Translations under genes and position numbers: made by a program
In this document: positions 17,730 through 26,837 of the stretch, one piece after another
Numbering within the stretch: the stretch's first letter is position 1
How the letters are laid out: every line of letters starts with the position of its first letter
The notes under the pieces: model-generated
The model's database searches: none
Told to the model about the DNA's origin: nothing
The model's input: the letters and a program-made list of their open reading frames with translations, nothing else
Source of the DNA: Hyphomonadaceae bacterium
Lineage (GTDB): Bacteria > Pseudomonadota > Alphaproteobacteria > Caulobacterales > Hyphomonadaceae
DNA length: 64,000 nucleotides
Assembly (NCBI GenBank): GCA_965262255.1
Contig: OZ253505.1
Span: 3,177,406-3,241,405, forward strand
Direction of reading: 5' to 3'

Positions 17730-19230
17730 AAAATTAGGGAATTACTTACTTGTTGACACATAATGATGGAAATTAGTCCTTGTTAAAGTGTTGGTGACGG
17801 GGTAAACTCTCGTACAAAAATGGAGTTGCACCGTGACCACCCAAAAACTTTCGGTCATACAAATCGCCCGTAAATTCCCGGACAACGAAGTTGCGGAGAA
17901 TTGGTTTATCAAACATCGCTGGAAGAACGGCGTGGAATGCACTCATTGCAATAGCAAGCGAGTGACTGAGCGTCGGAAGGCAGGCAAGCGAGCGTTTCGA
18001 TGTAAGGATTGTCGCAAGGATTTCAGTTCTAAGACGGGTTCGTTAATGCACGATTCGAAGATTGGTTTTCGTGAATGGGCTATCGCGATCTTCCTGATGG
18101 CGATTAATATCAAGGGAACATCTAGCACCAAGTTAGCCCACGATCTAGGTATATCTCAGAAGTCGGCTTGGTTTATGGCTATGCGTATTCGTGAGGCTTA
18201 CCAAGGTGATGATCCGATATTGCTAGAGACTGCTGTAGAAGTTGATGAAGCCTACTTTGGCGGAGTTGAAAAGAATAAACACGAAGACAAGAAGCTGAAT
18301 AAAGGCCGCGGTGCAGTTGGCAAGATGGCGGTTGTAGGTATCAAGGAACGTGAAACAGGCCGTTTAGTTGCGAAACCCGTCTCTGATACGTCCAAAGAGA
18401 CACTGCAAGGCTTCATTCAAGATAATGTCAAAGAAGGTACTCATGTCTATACAGACGAGTCCAAGTCCTACGACGGACTAGAAGATAACGGCTACGAACA
18501 CAGCACGGTCAAGCATTCGGCAGGAGAATGGGTGAAAAAGCAAGCGCACACGAATGGCATTGAATCGTTCTGGGCGTTACTCCGAAGATCGTATCATGGG
18601 ACTCACCACTGGTTGTCGGCTAAGCACCTAGCCTCTTACGTCAATGAGTTCGCTACCCGCTCTAATCTGAGGGGTGAAAACACAATGAACTTCATGGGTC
18701 ATATAGTTCGTGAGATGTCGGGGAAGCGGTTGTCGTGGAAGGAGTTGGTAGCACGAGGACCTGTTCCAGCAGGGTAAGATCACTTATAGGTATTGACGAC
18801 ACACTGGAAAATGTTGCGAACACACTATGCCAGTCGGTGAAGGTAATCGGCAGGTATACGAGACAAAAATCTAGAAAACAACCTACTTGTCGACATCAAC
18901 GGAGAGTAACTCCCTTATGCAAGTAGTAATCGTTGAATAAAGTATTTTGTAGAATTCTAGGGAGTTACGATTTTGCTACAGCAGAATCAGCGGATTAGTT
19001 TGACACTAATCACTTACTAGCAACTAAGCACACTGACAAAATCTCATCGCAGAACCGAATTCGTTTGCGACGAAGCGTTGAATTGGCTGTTTTATTGAAT
19101 GCCGCGTACGTTCTCGAGAACTCTTCCATTTCCGAATTCTTCATAGACTCTTATCTCTTGGTCCAAAATCAAGTATCCAGCTCGTGGAAGCTACCACTAT
19201 GTGTCAACAAGTAAGTAATTCCCCAAAATT
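17730..19230 (+). mobile_element. IS1595-family IS (ISXO2-like) with a roughly 450-bp non-coding tail
   Basis: The terminal inverted repeats are aaaattagggaattacttacttgttgacac (17730) and gtgtcaacaagtaagtaattccccaaaatt (19201..19230). Confidence 0.8.
17833..18777 (+). CDS. IS1595-family transposase
   Basis: The N-terminal zinc-ribbon is CTHCNS...FRCKDCRKDFS. EVDEAYFGG and HTNGIESFW blocks are present. Confidence 0.85.
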   Translation: MTTQKLSVIQIARKFPDNEVAENWFIKHRWKNGVECTHCNSKRVTERRKAGKRAFRCKDCRKDFSSKTGSLMHDSKIGFREWAIAIFLMAINIKGTSSTKLAHDLGISQKSAWFMAMRIREAYQGDDPILLETAVEVDEAYFGGVEKNKHEDKKLNKGRGAVGKMAVVGIKERETGRLVAKPVSDTSKETLQGFIQDNVKEGTHVYTDESKSYDGLEDNGYEHSTVKHSAGEWVKKQAHTNGIESFWALLRRSYHGTHHWLSAKHLASYVNEFATRSNLRGENTMNFMGHIVREMSGKRLSWKELVARGPVPAG

Positions 19231-19449
19231 AAGTGAAAGTTTCTTTCTCTAGCCTATCCACTTGATGTTAGTCAGTCGGCTTCCCAAATTGCAAACTCAG
19301 ATTATTGCCGAAAATTTGAGTTTATAAAAACTGGCATTCGACGATATTCTATGCAATTTCTGCTTTGTCTATGGTATAACTTGTTATACTTTATCGGTGT
19401 AAGCTGACGGTTTTGCCTTATTTGAGTTTTATAGCCCCGGAGTATTTAG

Positions 19450-20835
19450 ATGAATGCGCGCTTTGATACAGCGAATATGACTTCTAACAGGAAGTACAGG
19501 TACGAGGGCCTGCGCCTTCGTTGGTCAAGAAAGTATCTTGGATATAGCCGCGCACAGGTTTCGTCGGCACTCAGCATTGAACAGTCACAGCTCGCTGCGA
19601 TAGAAATTGGGATTCGTAAGGCAAACAATGAATTTCTTGCAAAATTCTCACGCCTTTATGGTCGACCAGTAGATTGGCTCGCGAGCAACGCGAAGCTTGA
19701 CAGCGTTGAAACAGAGAATCCAAGTAGCTATAATCCTTGGCAGTTTTCCGAGGAAGACCGCTTAGAATTTCGCAGTTTCAGGCAAGTTATTGAAAGCACC
19801 TCTTGGAAGGTAAAATTCAAAGAAAAGGTAGAGGCGTTAAGTAGCTTATTTGATCGCAGTGCCTGCGTAGAAGAAGTACATGAATCACTTAACACCTTTG
19901 AAACAGCTTTAAGATCGGGGTACGTCGATATTTTCGAGGCAATATCTGGTGTAGGCGTAGCGACAATTTTTCGACCATTAGGATTCTTGGGTGCTTTGTT
20001 TGGAACGGATAAGTGTTCCGGCTTAATGTTGTCAGTTTCGAAGTCTTTAAACGAATTGCGCCTAGCTGCTGCTAGCGCCCTTGCTAGGCTTACGGCTAAT
20101 AACCTGCACGAAGAGCTGACTCTTACCAAACTCTGGTATTCGCTGTCTCCAGAAAATGAGTTACGAGAAACAGACGAGAAAAACTTCAGAATATCGTTAA
20201 ACTTATTGCTACCGAACTTCCTTCTTGTCGAAACTCAGAAAAGATTCAATTGGTCTAATCGTGATATGGCTTCTCCTATCAATATGTATCAAGCGTCGTT
20301 GCGACTTGGTGCTAGTTATAGCGCAACGACAATCGCATATTGCCAATTAGGGGTGATATCAGAATTGGAGGCGAAAAAACTGTTGAACGAAAGCTTAGTC
20401 AATATCAAGCAAGCTATTTTGCAGAATTATTTGCCGGATAACATAAAAGATATTAACGTATGGCTGCTTACTCGGAGTGAAGAAGGATCGGTTATTCGGG
20501 CGAATCCTAATGATGTTTTTGTTATAAAACTTAAAGAAAATCGTGCAGCGGGCTATCGTTGGGATTTTTCTAAACTTGAAAAAGAAGGGTTTTCGATAAT
20601 TAATGATGAAAGCTTGAATTTAGACGCGCATCGAGTGGGAGCGCTGAGCCTTCGTTCTGTTCTGGCGAATCCTGCAACACTTCGAGAAGGCGACTTAGTT
20701 TTGGAGGAGTCATGTCCCTGGGAGAGAGTCCCCACGGAACCCAATGAGATTCTAGTCCCATATCGAAGATTACCTCAGTTTAAGATTGGTCTTTACGGTT
20801 CTGAATCACTTCATAACCAAAGTTTGGCCGACTAG
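19450..20835 (+). CDS. XRE-HTH / degenerate ImmA-IrrE-like middle region / C-terminal chagasin-type (I42) cysteine-peptidase inhibitor fusion
   Basis: HTH: LGYSRAQVSSALSIEQSQLAAIEIG. Middle region: QASLRLGASYSATTIAYCQLGVISE, with no HExxH seen. The C-terminus carries the three chagasin loops: LKENRAAGYRW (NPxTGYxW-like), HRVGALS (GxGG-like) and SCPWE (RPW-like). Confidence 0.65.
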   Translation: MNARFDTANMTSNRKYRYEGLRLRWSRKYLGYSRAQVSSALSIEQSQLAAIEIGIRKANNEFLAKFSRLYGRPVDWLASNAKLDSVETENPSSYNPWQFSEEDRLEFRSFRQVIESTSWKVKFKEKVEALSSLFDRSACVEEVHESLNTFETALRSGYVDIFEAISGVGVATIFRPLGFLGALFGTDKCSGLMLSVSKSLNELRLAAASALARLTANNLHEELTLTKLWYSLSPENELRETDEKNFRISLNLLLPNFLLVETQKRFNWSNRDMASPINMYQASLRLGASYSATTIAYCQLGVISELEAKKLLNESLVNIKQAILQNYLPDNIKDINVWLLTRSEEGSVIRANPNDVFVIKLKENRAAGYRWDFSKLEKEGFSIINDESLNLDAHRVGALSLRSVLANPATLREGDLVLEESCPWERVPTEPNEILVPYRRLPQFKIGLYGSESLHNQSLAD

Positions 20836-20836
20836 A

Positions 20837-21484
20837 ATGGACGTAGTTGTAGATTTCAGTGACCGATTCGGTGAAATAGGCGATCAGGGGAGGCGCTTGA
20901 CGTGCCTTGTATTTGCTTCAACAGCAGCACATGAGTATTGTCAGAATTCTGATCAACCTCTTTGCCTAGAATGGTTGTATTTTCACGCTATAAAGATCGG
21001 TGGAAGTATGCTTGGAGATGGCACACGGGTCGAGGATATTTCAGTCGCACTGCAGCACCATGGTCAGCCATATGAAAGGGTTTGGCCATACGACAAAGCT
21101 ACAAAATTTCTGAATTGGATGCCGCCCTTTTATCCAGGACACCGCTACTTTGCTGAAGGGGCATACAATGATTTCGATCTCAAGCACATCCTGACTACAC
21201 TGGATCGTAGAGTTCCTATAGTAATTTCGTTTTGGAACGACAGAGAATTTGAAGATCCAAAAACTGTTGGTGAGTATTCTTTAATCGAGCAGCGGCGCGA
21301 AAAGTCTTCGTCTAGTTTGCATGCGGTTTTGGCGGTTGGATATGGTTATAAGAACCAAACTTTATACGTAAAGGTGCGAAATTCCTGGAGTAGGAATTGG
21401 GGAGTAGAAGGTTATGGTTGGGTAAGCGAGCATTTTCTGGAGCTTAGTGGTGTTAAAACTTTTCAGTTATGCGCGGTGAACTAG
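20837..21484 (+). CDS. Papain-like (family C1) cysteine peptidase without signal peptide or prodomain
   Basis: GDQGRRLTCLVFAS supplies the Gln and the catalytic Cys (codon 20903). LHAVLAVGYGY supplies the His (codon 20320+1000, i.e. 21320). RNSWSRNWGVEGYGW supplies the Asn/Trp block. The ATG lies 1 nt after the upstream stop. The track ORF starts at 20786. Confidence 0.75.
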   Translation: MDVVVDFSDRFGEIGDQGRRLTCLVFASTAAHEYCQNSDQPLCLEWLYFHAIKIGGSMLGDGTRVEDISVALQHHGQPYERVWPYDKATKFLNWMPPFYPGHRYFAEGAYNDFDLKHILTTLDRRVPIVISFWNDREFEDPKTVGEYSLIEQRREKSSSSLHAVLAVGYGYKNQTLYVKVRNSWSRNWGVEGYGWVSEHFLELSGVKTFQLCAVN

Positions 21485-21499
21485 ATAGGTTTAGGTGTG

Positions 21500-22385
21500 T
21501 TTAGATGTTTTGCCCGAAAATCTTGTTAGTTATCTTCTTTCACATCTGCCGGTCTGGCTTTCTGATTTCGTTGGTGTCAGGCCACTATAGGTTGCACGTT
21601 GGTATCAACCGAATCACGTGCCATCGGACTAGTTCTCACGAATATCCGATGAGGAATTTTTAAAAGAGTTGCTACCTAATGACCGGACAGATTATATCGT
21701 TGTCGATGCTCGTTTCGAGACTAGTTGGATTCGTTACAAAGAAACTATCGAGATTTCTTCAGCATTGGTATCTCCTGATACAGCCCACACGCTAGTGAAC
21801 GCCATACAAACTGTAGAGTTTTCTAGCGACTATTACCTTTGTCCGGAAGCAAGCCCAAGCGAGATATCGGAAGTTGGTTTTGAGTTAAAAGGTTGGCTAA
21901 AGTCTCCGGCAGATTGTTCAGGCTTTGACGATAAAGATCCGTTTTGTAACGAAGTACGGCCGATTGTTATGAGGCCCGGTGAATTCGTTACTAATAGTCT
22001 CGGTCTTACAGTAGATTGCATCTGAAGCCTGTTTTGGTATAGAAACGAACGGGCAGACCCAAGCTTCATATATGAAACTTGGGGAATGAAGAAGCTCGAT
22101 TACTCTAGAGTCAATAATGGTAATGGAGTTGTTTCATGAAGTCATCGATTGCTCGTGCGTAAGGAAGATTTGGAATTTTTTCTAGCGGCAGAGGTTTTTG
22201 ACTTGATCACCAGGGTAGGAGTAAAGCGTTATGAGCGAAAAAATCGACAAAGTTTACATGGTTCGGAAGGCGAACTTCGAGTTACTTTCGACAGAGTCAT
22301 GCTACTCAGAGGAAACAGTGAAATTGAAGGCACCAAACGAAAGTTTGGCTCTTGGCGAGAGAATCATTCGACTGCTAAAGATTAG
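21500..22385 (+). pseudogene. 3' remnant of a second giant STAND gene (paralog of 6236..12661)
   Basis: LPVWLSDFVGVRPL*..SRISDEEFLKELLPNDRTDYIVVDA...LVSPDTAHTLVNAIQT... aligns to the last 290 or so aa of the giant protein. It has in-frame stops at about 21584, 21632 and 22023, plus a frame change. Confidence 0.8.
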
Positions 22386-22599
22386 TTCATATAACGATAC
22401 TTTCGGTCGCTGGCTTTGTCATTATCTTTCCGAACTGTTGATCACTGAACGAAACTCAAGCGGATCGGAACGTGTAGAGATATGTTCTAAGATTGACGAA
22501 ATCGTTTCAAGAATCAAGGGAGAATGCGATAATCGTCAGAATACTGCAGAGATAACAGAAAGTTTGCAGAGGGTTATAAGATCTGCTATATCTCGTTAG
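22231..22599 (+). CDS. Paralog of the small STAND-overlapping protein (intact)
   Basis: MSEKIDKVYMVRKANFELLSTESC..LKAPNESLALGERI..RWLCHYLSELLITER aligns to 6058..6390. Confidence 0.6.
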   Translation: MSEKIDKVYMVRKANFELLSTESCYSEETVKLKAPNESLALGERIIRLLKISSYNDTFGRWLCHYLSELLITERNSSGSERVEICSKIDEIVSRIKGECDNRQNTAEITESLQRVIRSAISR

Positions 22600-22758
22600 T
22601 GTAAACTGCTGCGAAACGACGTCACAATCCAATGTCTTCCAGCATAAATTTCCGGACTATTGGTTGTAAAATCATAAGTTAACACGTAAATTCCAGATTT
22701 CCCCCACAATCCTACAGAATCGCCAAATTGTGACAGATTATCGTTCTGGAGGAGTATT

Positions 22759-23568
22759 ATGCAACAGTCCCAGTTTAAAATAATCCTTCGTTACTTGTTA
22801 TTAATACTTTGGCTTCAATTTCTTATTGTCGAAGTTACTGCGCAGCATTTGCATAAGGAGTACGAAGATTTCATTTGTGACTACGATTGGATGTACACTC
22901 AGCCTGACGTTTATAATTCGGGACGTTCCCATTATGACTGGTTCAAGAGATGCATTGAATTCGAGAACCAAGATGTTAACGATCAAAGTGCAGCTCATGG
23001 TTCAACAGCTCTGCACACGGCAGCTGGTCTAGGTGATGTGGCGGCTATTGGATATTTGATCGAGCTGGGAGCAGACATAGAAGTATTAGACTTCGTTGGG
23101 GGATACACACCTTTACACGAGGCAGTATCTTCGGGTAAATCTGGCGCGGTAAGGATGCTTCTTGATCAGGGTGCGAATGTTAATGCAAAGACATATTCAA
23201 AAAGGTATAAATTTGCCAATGGAAAAAGTGTCTTGCATATTTCTGTGTTTAAATTAGATGTTATAGTCACACGGATTCTGCTTAGGAGTGGGGCTCGGGT
23301 GAACTCATTAGATCAAAATAAATACACGCCGCTAAATTATCTTTTGGAATCCGCTAGTTGGAGTCTCGCGGAAAGAGACAAACTGGGCCAACTGGAAAAG
23401 GAGGCACGCTTTTCAGAGATTTGTAAGTTGTTGGTCAACGCAGGAGCGAGTACTGTAAAGCCGAATGAACAGGGTAGGTCTCCAGAAGATATTGCTATGG
23501 AACTCCTCGAAGACGAGGAAGCTTCCAGTGAGGTGGAGGTTTGCGCAAGAATTGTTTTGTCCAGGTAA
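22759..23568 (+). CDS. Secreted ankyrin-repeat protein (paralog of 13307..14464)
   Basis: A signal-like N-terminus is present. Ankyrin units: GSTALHTAAGLGD, YTPLHEAVSSG, KYTPLNYLL. The pre-repeat segment DYDWMY...WFKRCIEFENQD aligns to the other ankyrin protein. Confidence 0.8.
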   Translation: MQQSQFKIILRYLLLILWLQFLIVEVTAQHLHKEYEDFICDYDWMYTQPDVYNSGRSHYDWFKRCIEFENQDVNDQSAAHGSTALHTAAGLGDVAAIGYLIELGADIEVLDFVGGYTPLHEAVSSGKSGAVRMLLDQGANVNAKTYSKRYKFANGKSVLHISVFKLDVIVTRILLRSGARVNSLDQNKYTPLNYLLESASWSLAERDKLGQLEKEARFSEICKLLVNAGASTVKPNEQGRSPEDIAMELLEDEEASSEVEVCARIVLSR

Positions 23569-23794
23569 ATGCAATCATGCCGTAAACGAGAAAACATCTA
23601 CAGGAAGAAGGCCAAAAACCGATCGACACTCTAGAACTAACCTGTTGCATAGTCTTAGGTAGTTCAGCAGAAATTTGGTGCAGAGACCTTGCCTTCGTGT
23701 TAATAGAGGGAAGTCAGTAGATTCTAATGAAGGACAGGTTAACAAATTTTCCGCTTGTCAATTGTATAAGTTTAAAGTAAAAATTCTTAGTGAT

Positions 23795-26644
23795 ATGAAT
23801 ATTTCATTCTTTGAAGAACCGATCCTAAATTCTCCTTACGAAGAGCCATCAAGACATCATGCGCTTGATGAAGAAGGTCAACCGACCAATCAGCCTCCTA
23901 TACTGGGGCAACGACCGTCAGCTCTATTATCACCGGTTCCAAAGCCAAAGAGACGACGGTCCGGTAATTCAGTCGACGACCAAAGAAATTTGAAACTTTA
24001 TGCCGATGACGGAATTTCATCCGAAGACCAAGAGTACAATCCGACACCAGTTATAAATGATATCCGTTCACAAGTTAAACAGTGGCGATCTATTCCGAAC
24101 CCCAAAGATTGGCATGTAACACCTGCTACAGAGCGATTGCTACAACATTGGCGACACTATGAGTTCCAAGGTTTAAGGCCCTTTTTCTGTCAGGTCGAAG
24201 CAATTGAAACTATCATTTGGTTGACAGAAGTCGCTCGTAGAAACAAAATACACAAGCGGGTTTGGAGTCATATTGAAAGTGCGAACGCGAGTGCAAACCC
24301 TGAGCTTTTACGTCTGGCGATGAAAATGGCGACAGGTGCTGGGAAGACCACCGTAATGGCGATGATTATCGCATGGCAGACGATCAATGCTGTCCGTTCT
24401 CCAAAAAGTAAACTGTTTACACGAGGATTTCTTGTAATAGCGCCCGGTATAACCATTAAAGATAGGCTTCGCGTTCTGCAACCGAGTGATCCAGACAGTT
24501 ATTATAAGAATCGTGAACTTGTGCCTTCAGGAATGCTAAATGACCTTTCCAAAGCAAAGATTGTTATAACAAATTATCATGCATTTCAATTGCGTGAATT
24601 GATGGAGACGAATAAGACTGCCCGTTCCTTGCTTCAAGGACGATCTAAACCGATTCAAAGTACTGAGACAGAAGGTCAAATGATCCGCCGAGTTGCGGAC
24701 AGTCTTATGGGGATCAAGAATATAGCTGTGATTAACGACGAAGCGCATCACTGTTATCGTGAAAAGCCAGATGGCGAACAGGAGAAGCTCAAAGGTGACG
24801 AACGAACAGAAGCCATGGAAAATAGCAAGGCGGCTCGTCTATGGATAAATGGGATCGAGGCTTTTAAACGAAAGTTGGGAGTGCGGGCAGTTTATGACAT
24901 GTCGGCTACTCCATTCTTCTTGAGTGGTTCTGGTTGGGCAGAGGGAACGCTGTTTCCATGGACTGTTAGCGATTTTTCATTGATGGATGCTATCGAATGC
25001 GGAATAGTCAAGCTACCTAGGATTCCGGTGGATGATGATATCCCTGAAGAAGATATGCCCATCTTCCGAAACCTATGGGATCACATCGGAAAAGACATGC
25101 CCAAAAAGGGTGGGCTCACGTCTGACCCTAACGATATTCCCGATAAGCTAAAGACTGCCTTAAATTCACTCTACTCTCACTATAGAAAAGTATCGAAAGA
25201 CTGGGAACAAGAAGGGATCGATGTTCCTCCTGTATTTATTGTAGTATGTAATAATACGACTACATCCAAGTTGGTTTACGAATGGATTTCGGGCTGGCAA
25301 CGAGAAAATAATGATAGTGGCAGCATTATTTGTAACCGAGGCCATTTACCTCTTTTCAGAAATTTTGATGAAAATGGACAGACGTTAGCACGACCGAATA
25401 CCCTGCTGATCGATAGTCGGCAGATTGAAAAGGGCGAGATTGATAAAAAATTCCGTGACATAGCTGCTCCCGAAATCGAGAAGTTTAGGCAGGATAGGAA
25501 ACTTCGCGGGGAGCATGGCGAAATTTCGGATTCAGAACTTCTGCGAGAAGTTATGAATACTATTGGTAAGAAAGGTCGACTGGGCGAGCAAATTCGTTGT
25601 GTCGTTTCAGTTTCAATGCTGACAGAAGGTTGGGATGCTAACACAGTAACTCATATACTGGGAGTGCGAGCTTTTGGCACTCAGCTTCTTTGTGAGCAAG
25701 TGGTCGGGCGAGGGCTAAGACGTTTAAACTACGAACTCAATGAACAACGTCAATTTAACGTTGAGTACGCCGATATTATGGGAATCCCCTTTAGTTTTAT
25801 TAGCAGACCAGTTGTCGCTCCGCCAAAGGCTCCCAAAAGGCCCAATCATGTTCATGCGGTGAAAGAAAGAGCTTCGCTAGAAATTCAGTTCCCGCGAGTG
25901 GTTGGGTATCGCATAGACTTACCAAGAGAACGTTTAAGGGCTAAGTTTACCGAAGACTCTTCTTACGTAATTGAACAAGAGAAAATCGGTGCAAGCGAAA
26001 CAGATATGTCTGGTATAGTTGGTGAGGGGCATACGCTTAGACTAAGTGAAGCTCAAGAAACTCGACGAAATAATGTTATAATGAATTTTTCAGTATTTGT
26101 GATGAATCGACATTTTGTCGATAAAGACAATAACCCAGAAATTAACCTCTTGCCCCAAATCCATAAAATATGTCGTCGCTGGATTGATGAAGGATATTTA
26201 GAATGTCCGGGAGAGACAGGGCTATGGATGTTGACAGCCTATCCTGAAATTTCTGCGCAGGCTGCCGAACGAATTTATAATTCGATACTACGGGCTGACG
26301 ATGGCGATGGACAAATTAAAGCAGTTCTGGACCCTTTTAACCCATTAGGTTCAACTCGCAACGTAAATTTCTCGACAACTAAAAATGTATGGAGAACCGA
26401 TGCACGTAAAAGTCATGTCAACTACGTAGTGTATGACAGCGACTGGGAAGCAAAGTTTGCCCGCGTTGCCGAAAGCCACCCGAATGTTATGGCATATGTG
26501 AAAAACCAAGGACTCGGGTTTACTGTACCATATCGAGATGGCAACGTAGCCCGGGAATACCTTCCAGACTTCATTTTGCGGATTCATGATGGGGGGGGGG
26601 GTAGAGGATCCCTTAAACCTAATCGTCGAGATCAAAGGTTATAA
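23795..26644 (+). CDS. res: Type III-like restriction enzyme Res subunit (helicase body), reading frame lost at a G11 tract
   Basis: MNISFFEEPILNSPYEEP is a typical N-terminus, and the track ORF starts upstream at 23675. Walker A is MATGAGKTTVMA. The DEAH box is VINDEAHHC. Helicase motif VI is QVVGRGLRR. The frame ends 43 nt after the G tract. Confidence 0.85.
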   Translation: MNISFFEEPILNSPYEEPSRHHALDEEGQPTNQPPILGQRPSALLSPVPKPKRRRSGNSVDDQRNLKLYADDGISSEDQEYNPTPVINDIRSQVKQWRSIPNPKDWHVTPATERLLQHWRHYEFQGLRPFFCQVEAIETIIWLTEVARRNKIHKRVWSHIESANASANPELLRLAMKMATGAGKTTVMAMIIAWQTINAVRSPKSKLFTRGFLVIAPGITIKDRLRVLQPSDPDSYYKNRELVPSGMLNDLSKAKIVITNYHAFQLRELMETNKTARSLLQGRSKPIQSTETEGQMIRRVADSLMGIKNIAVINDEAHHCYREKPDGEQEKLKGDERTEAMENSKAARLWINGIEAFKRKLGVRAVYDMSATPFFLSGSGWAEGTLFPWTVSDFSLMDAIECGIVKLPRIPVDDDIPEEDMPIFRNLWDHIGKDMPKKGGLTSDPNDIPDKLKTALNSLYSHYRKVSKDWEQEGIDVPPVFIVVCNNTTTSKLVYEWISGWQRENNDSGSIICNRGHLPLFRNFDENGQTLARPNTLLIDSRQIEKGEIDKKFRDIAAPEIEKFRQDRKLRGEHGEISDSELLREVMNTIGKKGRLGEQIRCVVSVSMLTEGWDANTVTHILGVRAFGTQLLCEQVVGRGLRRLNYELNEQRQFNVEYADIMGIPFSFISRPVVAPPKAPKRPNHVHAVKERASLEIQFPRVVGYRIDLPRERLRAKFTEDSSYVIEQEKIGASETDMSGIVGEGHTLRLSEAQETRRNNVIMNFSVFVMNRHFVDKDNNPEINLLPQIHKICRRWIDEGYLECPGETGLWMLTAYPEISAQAAERIYNSILRADDGDGQIKAVLDPFNPLGSTRNVNFSTTKNVWRTDARKSHVNYVVYDSDWEAKFARVAESHPNVMAYVKNQGLGFTVPYRDGNVAREYLPDFILRIHDGGGGRGSLKPNRRDQRL

Positions 26645-26837
26645 AAGAGAGCAAGTTAAACTCAAGAAGGATACCACGATCGAGAAATGGGTTCCCGGAG
26701 TGAATTCATTGGGTATTTATGGTCGCTGGAAATTTGTTCAGTTTGAAGACATACTCGAAATAAAAGAAAATTTCTTTGCGTTCGTTGAACGTTTAAAAGA
26801 AAACTATAGTTCAAAGAAGGAGGCTAAGAATGGCTAG
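26586..26837 (+). other. res: Displaced C-terminal segment of Res (PD-ExK nuclease motif) in the +1 frame
   Basis: DPLNLIVEIKGYKRE...GRWKFVQF is the usual Res C-terminal ExK nuclease block. It is reached in frame only if the tract is G10. Confidence 0.8.
26591..26601. repeat. G11 homopolymer inside res
   Basis: Counted directly: gat + 11 g + tag. Confidence 0.95.

Noticed and set aside
20786-20836. 17-codon extension of the C1 peptidase overlapping the upstream gene
   Set aside because: It starts at a non-ATG codon inside the preceding ORF. The ATG at 20837, 1 nt after the upstream stop, is the simpler start.
23675-23794. 40-codon upstream extension of res in the ORF track
   Set aside because: MNISFFEEPILNSPYEEP at 23795 matches the usual N-terminus of this Res family. 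The extension begins with a non-ATG codon and has no conserved look.
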